A stretch of DNA of 50,683 bases from a virus (Duplodnaviria; Caudoviricetes): positions 1 to 50,683 of the IMG/VR virus record IMGVR_UViG_3300032132_000010; one strand, given 5' to 3'. Within the stretch, counting starts at the first letter, position 1, and each line of letters starts with the position of its first letter. The translations under genes and the position numbers were made by a program. Below are positions 8,664 to 17,681 of this stretch, in pieces. The notes beneath the pieces were generated by a model. That model was not told where the DNA came from. It made no database searches and saw only the letters and a list, made by a program, of their open reading frames with translations.

Positions 8664-9878
8664 GTGGTCGACCTCCAGACGATCCAGGTCGACGGCACGC
8701 GGCTCCACCAATGGAACGGGGTGAGTGGGTGCCCCGCAGCGCGACCGCACTTCTGCGTCGATGAGGGCCTCGGCAGCCCCGACGACAACAGCACCTACGT
8801 CTACTTCACCGACACGAACCTCTGGCTGGCGCTGTACCTGCCGACGCCGAACGATCCGGGCGGCACGTGGGGCTGGGAGATCCGGCTACGCGGCGGGAAG
8901 TTCGGCAGCGGTGTCGCGTCGTTCTCCGTGGACACGTACCTGGCGCAAGACGCCGTTGGCATCTCGGGGCCGCACAACGTCCTGTTCACCTCCGGCTACG
9001 ACACGACGACCATCTCGCTCGACCCCTCCGACATTGCAGGCGTCACCGACCTGTCCAAGCTGGAAATCTGGATGAAGACCGGGGCCGCGATCATCAGCGG
9101 CGCGCCGCAAGCGCGCCTGACGGCGGTCGAGCTTCGGCTTCCCGAGACGGGGCAGATGCAGGGCAGCGGGTCCGGCGTGGCGGTCTGCACGGGCGCGGTG
9201 CTCACCGCGTCGGGCGCACTCGAGACGGACGGCGCGAGCGGAGCCGCGGATACCGAGAGCCCGAAGGCGGTGCTGGTCGCCGCGGGTGCGATGGAGACGA
9301 TCGGCGCGAGCGGCCAGGCCGACACCGAGAGCCCGAAGGCCGTCCTGGGCGCGGCCGGCCACATGGAGACGACCGGCGCGAGCGGCGCGGCCGACACGGA
9401 GAGCCCCAAGGCCGTGCTCGGCGGGATCGGGAACCTGGAAACGGACGGCGCGCACGGCACCTCGGACACCGAGACGCCGAAGGCCGAGCTCGTCGCCGCG
9501 GGGCACATGACCGGCGCGTGTCACGGGCTGGGCACCGTGATCGGCATCGTGGACTCCGGCGTCGACAAGTGGCAGACCGTCGACCTGGACTTCAGCAACT
9601 TCAACCCGTGGCCGCTGTGGAACCAACTGCTCGTCGATCCGGGGCCGATCCTCTACCTCCGCATCTGGAACGGGACCGACGTCCTGCTCGACGGGCGCGT
9701 CGGCCGGGATGATGACGTCGACTTCTTCGTGCACCACTCCACGGGACTCCCGCGCGAGTGGCGATTGAACGAGGGACGCGCCGATGCTTGGATAGCCCTG
9801 CGGGGCGGCATCGGGATCCGCGGCAGCGGGTCCGGCCCGACCAGTGGACGGATCACCCTCGAGGCGCTGTACCAGTGA
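8664..9878 (+). CDS. Putative fibre-like structural protein with internal 24-aa repeats
   Basis: Four ETxGAxGxxDTExPKAxL repeats between two beta-rich domains. Confidence 0.75.
   Translation: MVDLQTIQVDGTRLHQWNGVSGCPAARPHFCVDEGLGSPDDNSTYVYFTDTNLWLALYLPTPNDPGGTWGWEIRLRGGKFGSGVASFSVDTYLAQDAVGISGPHNVLFTSGYDTTTISLDPSDIAGVTDLSKLEIWMKTGAAIISGAPQARLTAVELRLPETGQMQGSGSGVAVCTGAVLTASGALETDGASGAADTESPKAVLVAAGAMETIGASGQADTESPKAVLGAAGHMETTGASGAADTESPKAVLGGIGNLETDGAHGTSDTETPKAELVAAGHMTGACHGLGTVIGIVDSGVDKWQTVDLDFSNFNPWPLWNQLLVDPGPILYLRIWNGTDVLLDGRVGRDDDVDFFVHHSTGLPREWRLNEGRADAWIALRGGIGIRGSGSGPTSGRITLEALYQ
9222..9509 (+). repeat. Four in-frame tandem 72-bp repeats
   Basis: Units start at 9222, 9294, 9366, 9438. 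Confidence 0.9.
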
Positions 9879-10270
9879 CCGGAGCCGTACCAGACGCGCT
9901 CGACGAGGCACAGCAAGAGCAGCTTGCTGCCGATGACGCATCCCGCGAGGAGCGATCCATCCTCGACTGGAGCGAGGTGCTGGCGCTGGAGTCGGGCGCG
10001 GGGTTGCGAGTGCTGGGGGAAATGCTCGATGCGTGTGGTCATGGCGGACAGATCCCGGTGCACGACGTCTACGGCCCCACGGCCGAGCTGATCGGCCGGC
10101 ACAACGTCGGCGTCGGCTTGTCCGAGACGATCGAGGCGATCGACCCGGCACTCCCGGCGCGGGCGCGCGCCGAGTTCAGGCGGCTGCCTCCGATCCCGAG
10201 TGGCACCGACCACGTTTCGCAGGCAGAAACCGCGGACACCGAGGGCGACGGGCCGCGTGACGGTGGGTAG
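9875..10270 (+). CDS. Bbp19-like head-region protein
   Basis: D...VL....G.RVL..MLD.CG...GR.NVG pattern; position between portal and scaffold. Confidence 0.6.
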   Translation: MTGAVPDALDEAQQEQLAADDASREERSILDWSEVLALESGAGLRVLGEMLDACGHGGQIPVHDVYGPTAELIGRHNVGVGLSETIEAIDPALPARARAEFRRLPPIPSGTDHVSQAETADTEGDGPRDGG

Positions 10271-10472
10271 TCGGCCGCCCCACACGACCAACCAAGCGGG
10301 GGGCTTTCAGCGCCTTCCCGACAGCGTGGACCCGCTCACGCATCGCATCTGGACGCGCATCGGACAGGTGTCCGAGCGGCACCACTGGGAGCGCGCGTGT
10401 CTCCGCGCGGGGTTGGATTCAGGGCTGCTGCTGAGAAAACTTGTGCGAGATCACTTGAAAACCATCAGGTGA
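10257..10472 (+). CDS. Putative ribbon-helix-helix DNA-binding protein (start uncertain)
   Basis: Alternating strand RIWTRI, helix, then G-L-D-S-G-LLLRKLVRDHL. Confidence 0.45.
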   Translation: MTVGSRPPHTTNQAGGFQRLPDSVDPLTHRIWTRIGQVSERHHWERACLRAGLDSGLLLRKLVRDHLKTIR

Positions 10473-10487
10473 GACAGTTCGTTCTGC
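10454..10487 (+). promoter_or_regulatory. Putative late promoter/operator, copy 2
   Basis: 28/34 identical to 5291-5324; directly upstream of scaffold-capsid genes. Confidence 0.7.
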
Positions 10488-10523
10488 CGCCGCAGGGCCG
10501 AGAGGGGTCCTGGGAGACAGACG

Positions 10524-11216
10524 ATGCCGCCCGAGCCGGATGCACTCGCTGGAGTCGAGCCCGCCGCAGCCGCGGCCGCACCTCCGGCAGCGCCCGCCGC
10601 TCCCGCTGATCCCGCCGCCGCGCCAGCCGCACCCGCGCGCGAAGACGCGCTCTCCGGCGTCTCGGTTCCCGCCGCGGACCCGCCGGCCGCGCCGGCCGCG
10701 CCGGCCGCGCCCGAAGGCGGACACGACTACTCCGGCCTCGCGCTGTCCGAGGGCTCCAAGCTCGACGACGCGGCGCTCGCGTCGGTCACCGAGTTCGCCA
10801 CCGAGCAGGGTTTGAGCCCCGACCAGGCCGCCGCGCAGCTGACGCGCGAGGAGGGCTTGGCGAAGGGCCGCGCCGACGCGATGGGCGAGGTCACGGACGG
10901 CTGGCTCGCGGACGCAAAGAAGGACCCCGAGATCGGTGGCTCCGACGCGAAGTTCGCAGAGACGGCGCAGAACGCGCTGTCCACGCTGACCAAGTTCTTC
11001 TCGCCCGACTTCATCGAAGGCATCCGCGAGCTGGGCTGGATCAACCACCCCGACTTCCTGCGTGGCCTGGACAAGATCGCCCGCGCCTCGGCCGAGCCGG
11101 CCGCGGTGCCTGCGGGCAAGCCGACCTTGCACGCCGGCCCGCAGACGAAGCAGCAGGAACGCGAAGCGAAGTACCCGAACAGCGCCGAGATGGACGCACA
11201 CCTCGACCCCGCTTGA
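10524..11216 (+). CDS. Capsid scaffolding/assembly protein
   Basis: Pro/Ala-rich N-terminus, GLSPDQA, W....KDPEIGG, NHP motifs; directly before capsid. Confidence 0.8.
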   Translation: MPPEPDALAGVEPAAAAAAPPAAPAAPADPAAAPAAPAREDALSGVSVPAADPPAAPAAPAAPEGGHDYSGLALSEGSKLDDAALASVTEFATEQGLSPDQAAAQLTREEGLAKGRADAMGEVTDGWLADAKKDPEIGGSDAKFAETAQNALSTLTKFFSPDFIEGIRELGWINHPDFLRGLDKIARASAEPAAVPAGKPTLHAGPQTKQQEREAKYPNSAEMDAHLDPA

Positions 11217-11239
11217 CCTCCCCCGGAAGGGAATGACCC

Positions 11240-12247
11240 ATGGCAAACGACAAGCTCTCGATCGTCGAGCTCACCCGGATGCAGGACGGGGCGACCGGCA
11301 AGTTCTACAAGATGGTCAACAAGCTGCGGCAGGAGAACGCGACCCTCCGCTACGGCTCCTGGCTCCCGACCAATATGCTGATGACGAACGTCACCAGCAT
11401 CATCGTGGGCGAGCCGAACGTCTACACGCGGCGCTTCAACAAGGGCACCGTCTCGAGCAAGGCGACGTTCGACACCATCGTCGACACCACGGCGCTGATC
11501 GAAGCCTACGCCACGACCGACGCGACGATGCTGCGCGTGTTCGGCAACGCGATGGGCATCCGCGACCGCCACAACCGCGCCTACCAGAGCGCGATGGGCA
11601 AGAAGGTCGCGGAGCTCCAGTTCTACGGCAACGAGACGGACGACGAGACGGAGTTCAACGGCCTGTTCACGCGGCCGTCGATGTCCGACATCGGGGACTA
11701 CTGCCTCGACGCGGGCGGCACCGACTCCGACCTCGGCTCCATCTGCGCGGTCACCTTCTCCGAGGACACCTGTCACTGGGCCTACCCGCGCAACACCACG
11801 GCGGGTCTGTTCCACGACGACATGGGCAAGATCCTCATCCAAGAGGCGGCCACGATGGGCGGCGGCAAGATCAGCTGCTTCGTCGATCAGTGGCAGTGGT
11901 TCTGCGGCCTCGTCCTCTGCGACGACCAGTACGCCGGCCGCATCGCCAACATCGACGTCTCGGACATGAAGGCGAACACCGGGGCGCAGGAGAGCACGGA
12001 CTACACGACCTACGTGCTCTACCTCCTGGACGAGCTCATCTCGCGCATCCCGAACCCGCAGGCCGGCCAGACCGTCCTGTTCATGCCGCGCGCCATCAAG
12101 AGCGGCCTGAACCGCATGGCGAAGATCAAGAGCATCCCCAACATCTTCAAGATGGAGGATGCCTTCGGCCGCGTCCTCGACCACTACCAGGGATACCCGA
12201 TGGAGATCGTCGATCAGATGACGATCACCGAGACACAGGTCACCTGA
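11240..12247 (+). CDS. Major capsid protein (BPP-1-like)
   Basis: 335 aa; RRFNKG..SSK, FYGN......EFNGL, RIANID motifs; synteny. Confidence 0.88.
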   Translation: MANDKLSIVELTRMQDGATGKFYKMVNKLRQENATLRYGSWLPTNMLMTNVTSIIVGEPNVYTRRFNKGTVSSKATFDTIVDTTALIEAYATTDATMLRVFGNAMGIRDRHNRAYQSAMGKKVAELQFYGNETDDETEFNGLFTRPSMSDIGDYCLDAGGTDSDLGSICAVTFSEDTCHWAYPRNTTAGLFHDDMGKILIQEAATMGGGKISCFVDQWQWFCGLVLCDDQYAGRIANIDVSDMKANTGAQESTDYTTYVLYLLDELISRIPNPQAGQTVLFMPRAIKSGLNRMAKIKSIPNIFKMEDAFGRVLDHYQGYPMEIVDQMTITETQVT

Positions 12248-12288
12248 TCGGCCCGAACCTCACGCCCCACTGAACGGAAGGACCCGAC

Positions 12289-12747
12289 ATGGGACTCCAG
12301 GACAACGACTACCTCCTCTCCGACGAGCAAGCGGTTGGGGCAACGGCCATCTCGACCGTCGTGCCGGACATGGGTCCGCTCACGGCCGGCAACACGGGCG
12401 TCAACCTCGGCGCGCTGGCCGACCTGTGGATCCGCATCGTCGTGCGCGGGACCGTCGCGTCCGGCGGCGGCTCGGCCACGGTGACCTTCACCGTCGAGAC
12501 GGACGACAACGTAGGGCTTTCGTCGGCCGCCACGGCGCTGACGACCGCCGCGATCGCGCAGGCCACGCTGGTCGACAACTACGTGGTCATGAGCCAGGCG
12601 CTCCCCGACTTCGCGTGGCAGCAGTTCGTCGGCGTCCGCTACACCGTGGCGTCCGGCCCGCTGACCGGGGACAGCGCGTTCAGCGCCTACATCGGGACGC
12701 AGCCGTTCGTCATGAAGCAGCACCCGAACGACCTCGACTTCGAGTAA
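12289..12747 (+). CDS. Capsid cement/decoration protein (Bbp16-like)
   Basis: D..LLSDEQAV..TA.ST..D, VRYTV..GP.T.G motifs; follows capsid. Confidence 0.8.
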   Translation: MGLQDNDYLLSDEQAVGATAISTVVPDMGPLTAGNTGVNLGALADLWIRIVVRGTVASGGGSATVTFTVETDDNVGLSSAATALTTAAIAQATLVDNYVVMSQALPDFAWQQFVGVRYTVASGPLTGDSAFSAYIGTQPFVMKQHPNDLDFE

Positions 12748-12768
12748 CCCCCCAGCCGAAGGGCACCC

Positions 12769-13464
12769 ATGGCGACGAAGAAGAAGACGACCCCGCTGGC
12801 CGCCGACAAGCGGCCGCAGAAGGGGCCGGCCAAGTCGTCCGACGAGGCGCGCGGCACGGAGGAGGCCGAGCGCAAGGCCGCGGCGAAGGCCGAGGCCAAC
12901 GCGCGGCGCACTCCGGTTCCGACCGAGGCCGCCACCACGCCCGAGCAGCCCGAGGACACCGATCCTCGCTCGCTGAAAGAGCAGGCCGCGGACGCCGCGG
13001 AGTACGCCGCGGAGCACGGCGTCAGGATGCGCGTCAACAAGGGGCACATGATCATGCACCCGAAGCATCGGGTGATGGACAAGCAGGGCAACTTCCTGCG
13101 GACGATGCACGGCAAGCACAAGGCCGGCGAGACGCTGGTGTGGCAGGGACCGCTCGGTGGAGCGCCCAAGGCCGCCACGCCGGTCGACGCGGACAACCAC
13201 GTCGACGCGGGCATGGTCGAGGCCATCCGCCTGGCGCGCATCAAGTACGAGGGCAAGAAGCGGGCCGACGCTCGCCTCAAGGCGGCCGGGTTCCAGACCG
13301 CGGCCGAGATCGAAGCCGAGATGGTGGACGACCTCCGCGAGAAGATCCGCAAGGAGGAAGGCCCGCGCATCCGTGCGGAGATGGAGAAGGAGCTCGCGGA
13401 TCAGGTCGAGGCAGAGGAAGCTGAAGTGGACGAGGACATGGAGACGGCCGACCAGGACGGCTGA
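12769..13464 (+). CDS. Hypothetical charged protein
   Basis: Typical codon usage; lies within structural operon. Confidence 0.75.
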   Translation: MATKKKTTPLAADKRPQKGPAKSSDEARGTEEAERKAAAKAEANARRTPVPTEAATTPEQPEDTDPRSLKEQAADAAEYAAEHGVRMRVNKGHMIMHPKHRVMDKQGNFLRTMHGKHKAGETLVWQGPLGGAPKAATPVDADNHVDAGMVEAIRLARIKYEGKKRADARLKAAGFQTAAEIEAEMVDDLREKIRKEEGPRIRAEMEKELADQVEAEEAEVDEDMETADQDG

Positions 13465-13504
13465 CACCCACTCGTCCGGCCGGCGTCAAGGTGTGAGGTA
13501 GCCG

Positions 13505-14152
13505 GTGGCGCTCGACGAAATCTCGATCTGCAACATGGCCCTGACGAACATCCGCGTCAGCAGGCAGCTGGCGACGGGTGACGGCACGATCGCGGGCACC
13601 GCGGACACGTCGACCTACGCCACGATCCTCCAGCTGTGGTACCCGAAGGCGCGGGACCTGCTCGTCTCCATGTACGACTGGGCGTTCTGCCGCGCCTACG
13701 TGGCGCTCGTCGAGGCGTCAGACGGCACGGGCAAGCTGTGGATCAACGAGTGGGACCACAGCTACACCTACCCGGCCAGCTGCGCCAAGGTGCGCCGGTT
13801 CGTGGACGACCTCGGGGAGAAGAACCCGATGCCGTGGAAGTTCGTCGTCCGCAACGACGGCGCGGTCAAGGTGCTCCTGAGCGACGTCGACACGGCCAGC
13901 GCGAACGTGGAATACACGCTCGAGCAGGCGGCGACGGACGTCGACCTGTTCCCGATCGGGTTCGACGTGTGCCTGTCGTACCTGCTGGCCGGCTTCATCC
14001 TCCCGACGCTCTCCAAGGCCACGGGCAAGGAGAAGCACAAGCTCGACCTCTCGGACATGGCGAATCACTGGTTCGGTGAGGCGGTGCGCCAGGACGCGGC
14101 CGAGGAGGTGGCGCGGGACGATCCCGACAGCGACTACCAGACGGATCGGTAG
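13505..14152 (+). CDS. Tail tubular protein A / head-tail adaptor (T7 gp11-like)
   Basis: ISICNMAL, Y...RD.L...YDW.F, Y.YP..C motifs. Confidence 0.85.
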   Translation: MALDEISICNMALTNIRVSRQLATGDGTIAGTADTSTYATILQLWYPKARDLLVSMYDWAFCRAYVALVEASDGTGKLWINEWDHSYTYPASCAKVRRFVDDLGEKNPMPWKFVVRNDGAVKVLLSDVDTASANVEYTLEQAATDVDLFPIGFDVCLSYLLAGFILPTLSKATGKEKHKLDLSDMANHWFGEAVRQDAAEEVARDDPDSDYQTDR

Positions 14153-14154
14153 CG

Positions 14155-17118
14155 ATGGCGAGCTTCTTCCAACGATCGTTGGTCGGCGGGATCGTCTCCA
14201 TGGCGCTGCTCGCGCGCATGGACACCTTCAAGCGCGCGAGCGGAGTGCTGACGGCGCTCAACTGGTTCATCAGCCGGGACGGCACGGCGCGCAACCGCGC
14301 GGGGTTCCAGTACGTCGGCACGGTCAAGACGATCACCGACACGACGGTCATCCGGGGCTTCGACTTCGACGACGACAACACCTACTCGCTCGAGTTCGGT
14401 GACGAGTACGTCCGCATCTACACCGATGGGGAACGGTTGCTGACGGGCACCGTCGCGGTCTGGTCGTCGCAGGGCTACACGGTGGGCGCTCTCGTAAAGA
14501 AGGGAGTCGAGACGTTCTACTGCTGCGCCACGCACGACAGCGGCAAGGACCCGAACGTGGTCGCGCACGACAACGTGTTCTGGTACTTGCTCTCCGGCAC
14601 CGACCCCGACGCGATTCTGGAGCTCCCGAGTCCCTACGCGCACGGCGACGTGCCGAACGTCGAGCAGAGCCAGAGCGCGGACGTGCTCACGCTCACGCAC
14701 GACGGCTACCCGCCCTACGAGCTGATCCGCGTGGGCGCGACCAACTGGACGCTGCTGCCGAAGCGGTTTGCGCCGTCAGCGCCAGGACCGACCGGCATCA
14801 GGAACACGCACAACGAGGGCAACGACCGGAGCGGGTCGGATGAGTCTCCCGTCTACAAGGTCACGGCCATCAACAAGGTGTCCAGCGTCGAATCGTCGCC
14901 CGGTGTCAGCTTGTCCTACGATGGTGCGATTGCCACCGTGGCCGATCAGGGGCTCACGGCGGATATCGTTTTCGCGGACACCGCGCACGGGCTGGAGACG
15001 GGCGACGAGATCATCCCGACCGACGTCTCAACGACCAGCGGCACCGAGTCGAACCAGTGGGCCGTCGAGGCACTGGCGGATCGCCCGTTCTTCATCACGA
15101 AGATCGACGCCGACAGCTTCAGCCTCGACGGGACGGAAGGGCTGTGCACGATCCCGAGCTGGTACGGCGGCGCGAGCTGGCCGGCGCTGACGGTCACCTA
15201 CGGCACGGCCACGCGCCTCGCCATGAGGGACCAAAGCCCGTCGTACCCCGGCACGGTCAACGATGCCTACAAGCTGCCGGACCCATCACAAAGCTGGGAC
15301 ATCGAGCTAACGTGGGATGCGGTTGACGGTGCGGTCGAATACTGGGTCTACCGCGCAACGATCCCGTATCGCCCAGCACACGCGGACCCGGACGCCGCGG
15401 CCGAGATGCCGGCGCTCGCACAGGGCTGGGGGTTCCTGGCCGCGGTCAAGGCTCCCAACACCCACTACGTCGACAACGGCGAGATCGAGCCGGACAAGGA
15501 GCAGCTGCCGCCCGACCACCCGCCGCCCTTCGTTCTGGACAAGTGGCCGGCCTACTCGACCTACCACCAGCAGCGCCAGGCGTATGGCAAGAGCGTCGAC
15601 AAGCCGCGCGGCGTGGACGCCAGCGTCACGGGCGACTACCCCAACTTCACCGAGCGGTTCCCCGTGGACCCGGGCGACAAGGTTTCCTGGGAGGTCGAGG
15701 GGAATGACGTCAGCGAGCTGCGCTGGCTCGCCAGCATGAGGAAGTTCCTGATCGGGACCCGCGGCGGCGTCTACGTGGCGAACGGCGATGGGGACGGGGT
15801 GCTGACGCCGACGTCGATCGGACTCGAGATGCAGACGAGCAGCGGAGCGGGAACCCTGCGCCCGTTGCTGGTTGCAGACACGGTGCTGTTCGTGACGAAG
15901 CTCCAGACCGCGGTGCGCGACCTCCGCTTCACGATCGACAGCGACGGCTACGGCGGGCAGAACCTCACCTCGTTCGCGCCGCACCTGTTCCGCGGCTACA
16001 CCATCGTCGACTGGGCCTACTGCGAGAACCCCGACAGCATCGTGTGGTGTGTGCGCGACGACGGCGCGCTGCTCTCGCTGACCTACGTGCGCGAGCACGA
16101 CATTTGGGCGTGGTGCCTGCACGACACGGGCGCGACGGGCTCGTTCAAGTACGTCTGCTCGATCCCCGAAGGAAACATCGACGTGCTCTACGCCGTCGTG
16201 GAGCGGACGATCAACGGAACGGTCACGCAGTACGTCGAGCGCATGGCTCCGCGCACGGCCGACGAGGACAACCACAACACCTTCAGCGGCAGCAAGTTCC
16301 TCGACAGCTTCCTGACCTACGACGGCACGAACCTGATGAGCGACGGCACGACGGTCGACGCTACGGTGAACATGAACGTCTCGGGGGCGAGCTACGACGA
16401 GGGCGACACGGTGACGCTGGCCGCGACGGTGGGGACGCCGTTCCCGGGCGACAACAGCAACGAGGGCAACGGCTACCGGCTGCTGCTCGCGGACGGGACC
16501 TACGTGGAGATGCAGGTTGACGTCGGTGGGGACACCGAGACGGATGAGCAGGACTGCACCCTGCTGACGGACTGCCCCTCCGGGCTCCAGGCGACGGGCA
16601 CCCTGCTGTGGGTCCGTATGGTCGACGAGATCGACGGCCTGACGCACCTCGAGGACGCGACGGTCGGCGTCTGCGCGGACGGGCACGCGCTTGCGGAGGA
16701 TGTGGTCGCCTCCGGCGAGCTCACGAACACGCTGAAGGACTGGTCGGACGTGACGACGGCACGGCCCTACGGCATCGTGCACGTGGGCCTGCCGATCACG
16801 GCCGACCTCCAGCTGCTCGATATCGACTTCGTGGCCGGCGACGACCCGATCGCTCCCCGCATGAAGCTGGTCAACGGGGCCGTGATCTACGTGCAGAACA
16901 CGCGAGGGATCCAGGCTGGCCTGGACGCGGACGGGTTGCAGGCCATCGACTACTTGGGCGTCGATGGCGAGGACGGTGCCCTCGTCACGGGCAAGCGCGT
17001 GGTGACTTTCGATTCCGACCACACCCTCGGCGGCGGTATCTTGATCCGCCAGAGCGAGCCACTGGCGGCCTCTGTGCTGGCTGTGGTCACGCACTACGAA
17101 GTGGAGGGCAACGAGTAA
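14155..17118 (+). CDS. Tail tubular protein B / nozzle (T7 gp12-like)
   Basis: QxSLxGG.VS, QSADVL...H..YPP..L.R, P.....HQQR, TY.RE..I.AW..HDT motifs. Confidence 0.88.
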   Translation: MASFFQRSLVGGIVSMALLARMDTFKRASGVLTALNWFISRDGTARNRAGFQYVGTVKTITDTTVIRGFDFDDDNTYSLEFGDEYVRIYTDGERLLTGTVAVWSSQGYTVGALVKKGVETFYCCATHDSGKDPNVVAHDNVFWYLLSGTDPDAILELPSPYAHGDVPNVEQSQSADVLTLTHDGYPPYELIRVGATNWTLLPKRFAPSAPGPTGIRNTHNEGNDRSGSDESPVYKVTAINKVSSVESSPGVSLSYDGAIATVADQGLTADIVFADTAHGLETGDEIIPTDVSTTSGTESNQWAVEALADRPFFITKIDADSFSLDGTEGLCTIPSWYGGASWPALTVTYGTATRLAMRDQSPSYPGTVNDAYKLPDPSQSWDIELTWDAVDGAVEYWVYRATIPYRPAHADPDAAAEMPALAQGWGFLAAVKAPNTHYVDNGEIEPDKEQLPPDHPPPFVLDKWPAYSTYHQQRQAYGKSVDKPRGVDASVTGDYPNFTERFPVDPGDKVSWEVEGNDVSELRWLASMRKFLIGTRGGVYVANGDGDGVLTPTSIGLEMQTSSGAGTLRPLLVADTVLFVTKLQTAVRDLRFTIDSDGYGGQNLTSFAPHLFRGYTIVDWAYCENPDSIVWCVRDDGALLSLTYVREHDIWAWCLHDTGATGSFKYVCSIPEGNIDVLYAVVERTINGTVTQYVERMAPRTADEDNHNTFSGSKFLDSFLTYDGTNLMSDGTTVDATVNMNVSGASYDEGDTVTLAATVGTPFPGDNSNEGNGYRLLLADGTYVEMQVDVGGDTETDEQDCTLLTDCPSGLQATGTLLWVRMVDEIDGLTHLEDATVGVCADGHALAEDVVASGELTNTLKDWSDVTTARPYGIVHVGLPITADLQLLDIDFVAGDDPIAPRMKLVNGAVIYVQNTRGIQAGLDADGLQAIDYLGVDGEDGALVTGKRVVTFDSDHTLGGGILIRQSEPLAASVLAVVTHYEVEGNE

Positions 17119-17681
17119 TGGGTGCGGGCGCAGCGGCGGGCGGCGGCGGGGCTCTCCAGGCCATCGCTGCGTTCAACAGCGCGATGCAAGAGAAGGAGAT
17201 GCACAAGTTCAACGCGCGGTTCCAGAAGGGGGGCCGCGAGAACGCCAAACGCCGCGGCCGCCTCGACAAGCAGAGGGTGTCTCTCGGAGAACGCCAGCTG
17301 ACCAGTCGGCAGCGCGTGGGCTTCGCGGATCAGGGCGTGGCCCTCGACAGCGGCAGCGCCCTGACGGTGCAGCAGGACACGGCGCGCATGGCCGAGCTTG
17401 ACCGCATCGAGATCGAGAACAACACGGCGAACGAGGTATGGGGCTTCGACGTCCAGATCGCGGAGTCCAACTTCAAGGCGAAGCAGGCCCGGAAGAAGGC
17501 ATACAACAGCCTGATCCTGGGGGCGGCCAGCGCGGCCAGTGCCTACGGAACCCCCGGCGCGGGCGCGCAGATCGGCGGCGGCGGCGGCAGCATTCCGATG
17601 TTCACCAAAGCCATCCCCTCGGTTGGCAGTAGCCCGTGGGGGCTCGACAACACGGCGTGGTGGAAGAAGACCGCCTCATGA
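17118..17681 (+). CDS. Internal virion (ejection) protein, T7 gp14-like
   Basis: QR...A.QGV.LDSGS motif, Gly/Ala-rich ends; TAATG coupling. Confidence 0.75.
   Translation: MGAGAAAGGGGALQAIAAFNSAMQEKEMHKFNARFQKGGRENAKRRGRLDKQRVSLGERQLTSRQRVGFADQGVALDSGSALTVQQDTARMAELDRIEIENNTANEVWGFDVQIAESNFKAKQARKKAYNSLILGAASAASAYGTPGAGAQIGGGGGSIPMFTKAIPSVGSSPWGLDNTAWWKKTAS

Noticed and set aside
9222-9509. CRISPR-like periodicity
   Set aside because: In-frame coding repeats with codon-level variation and no unique spacers
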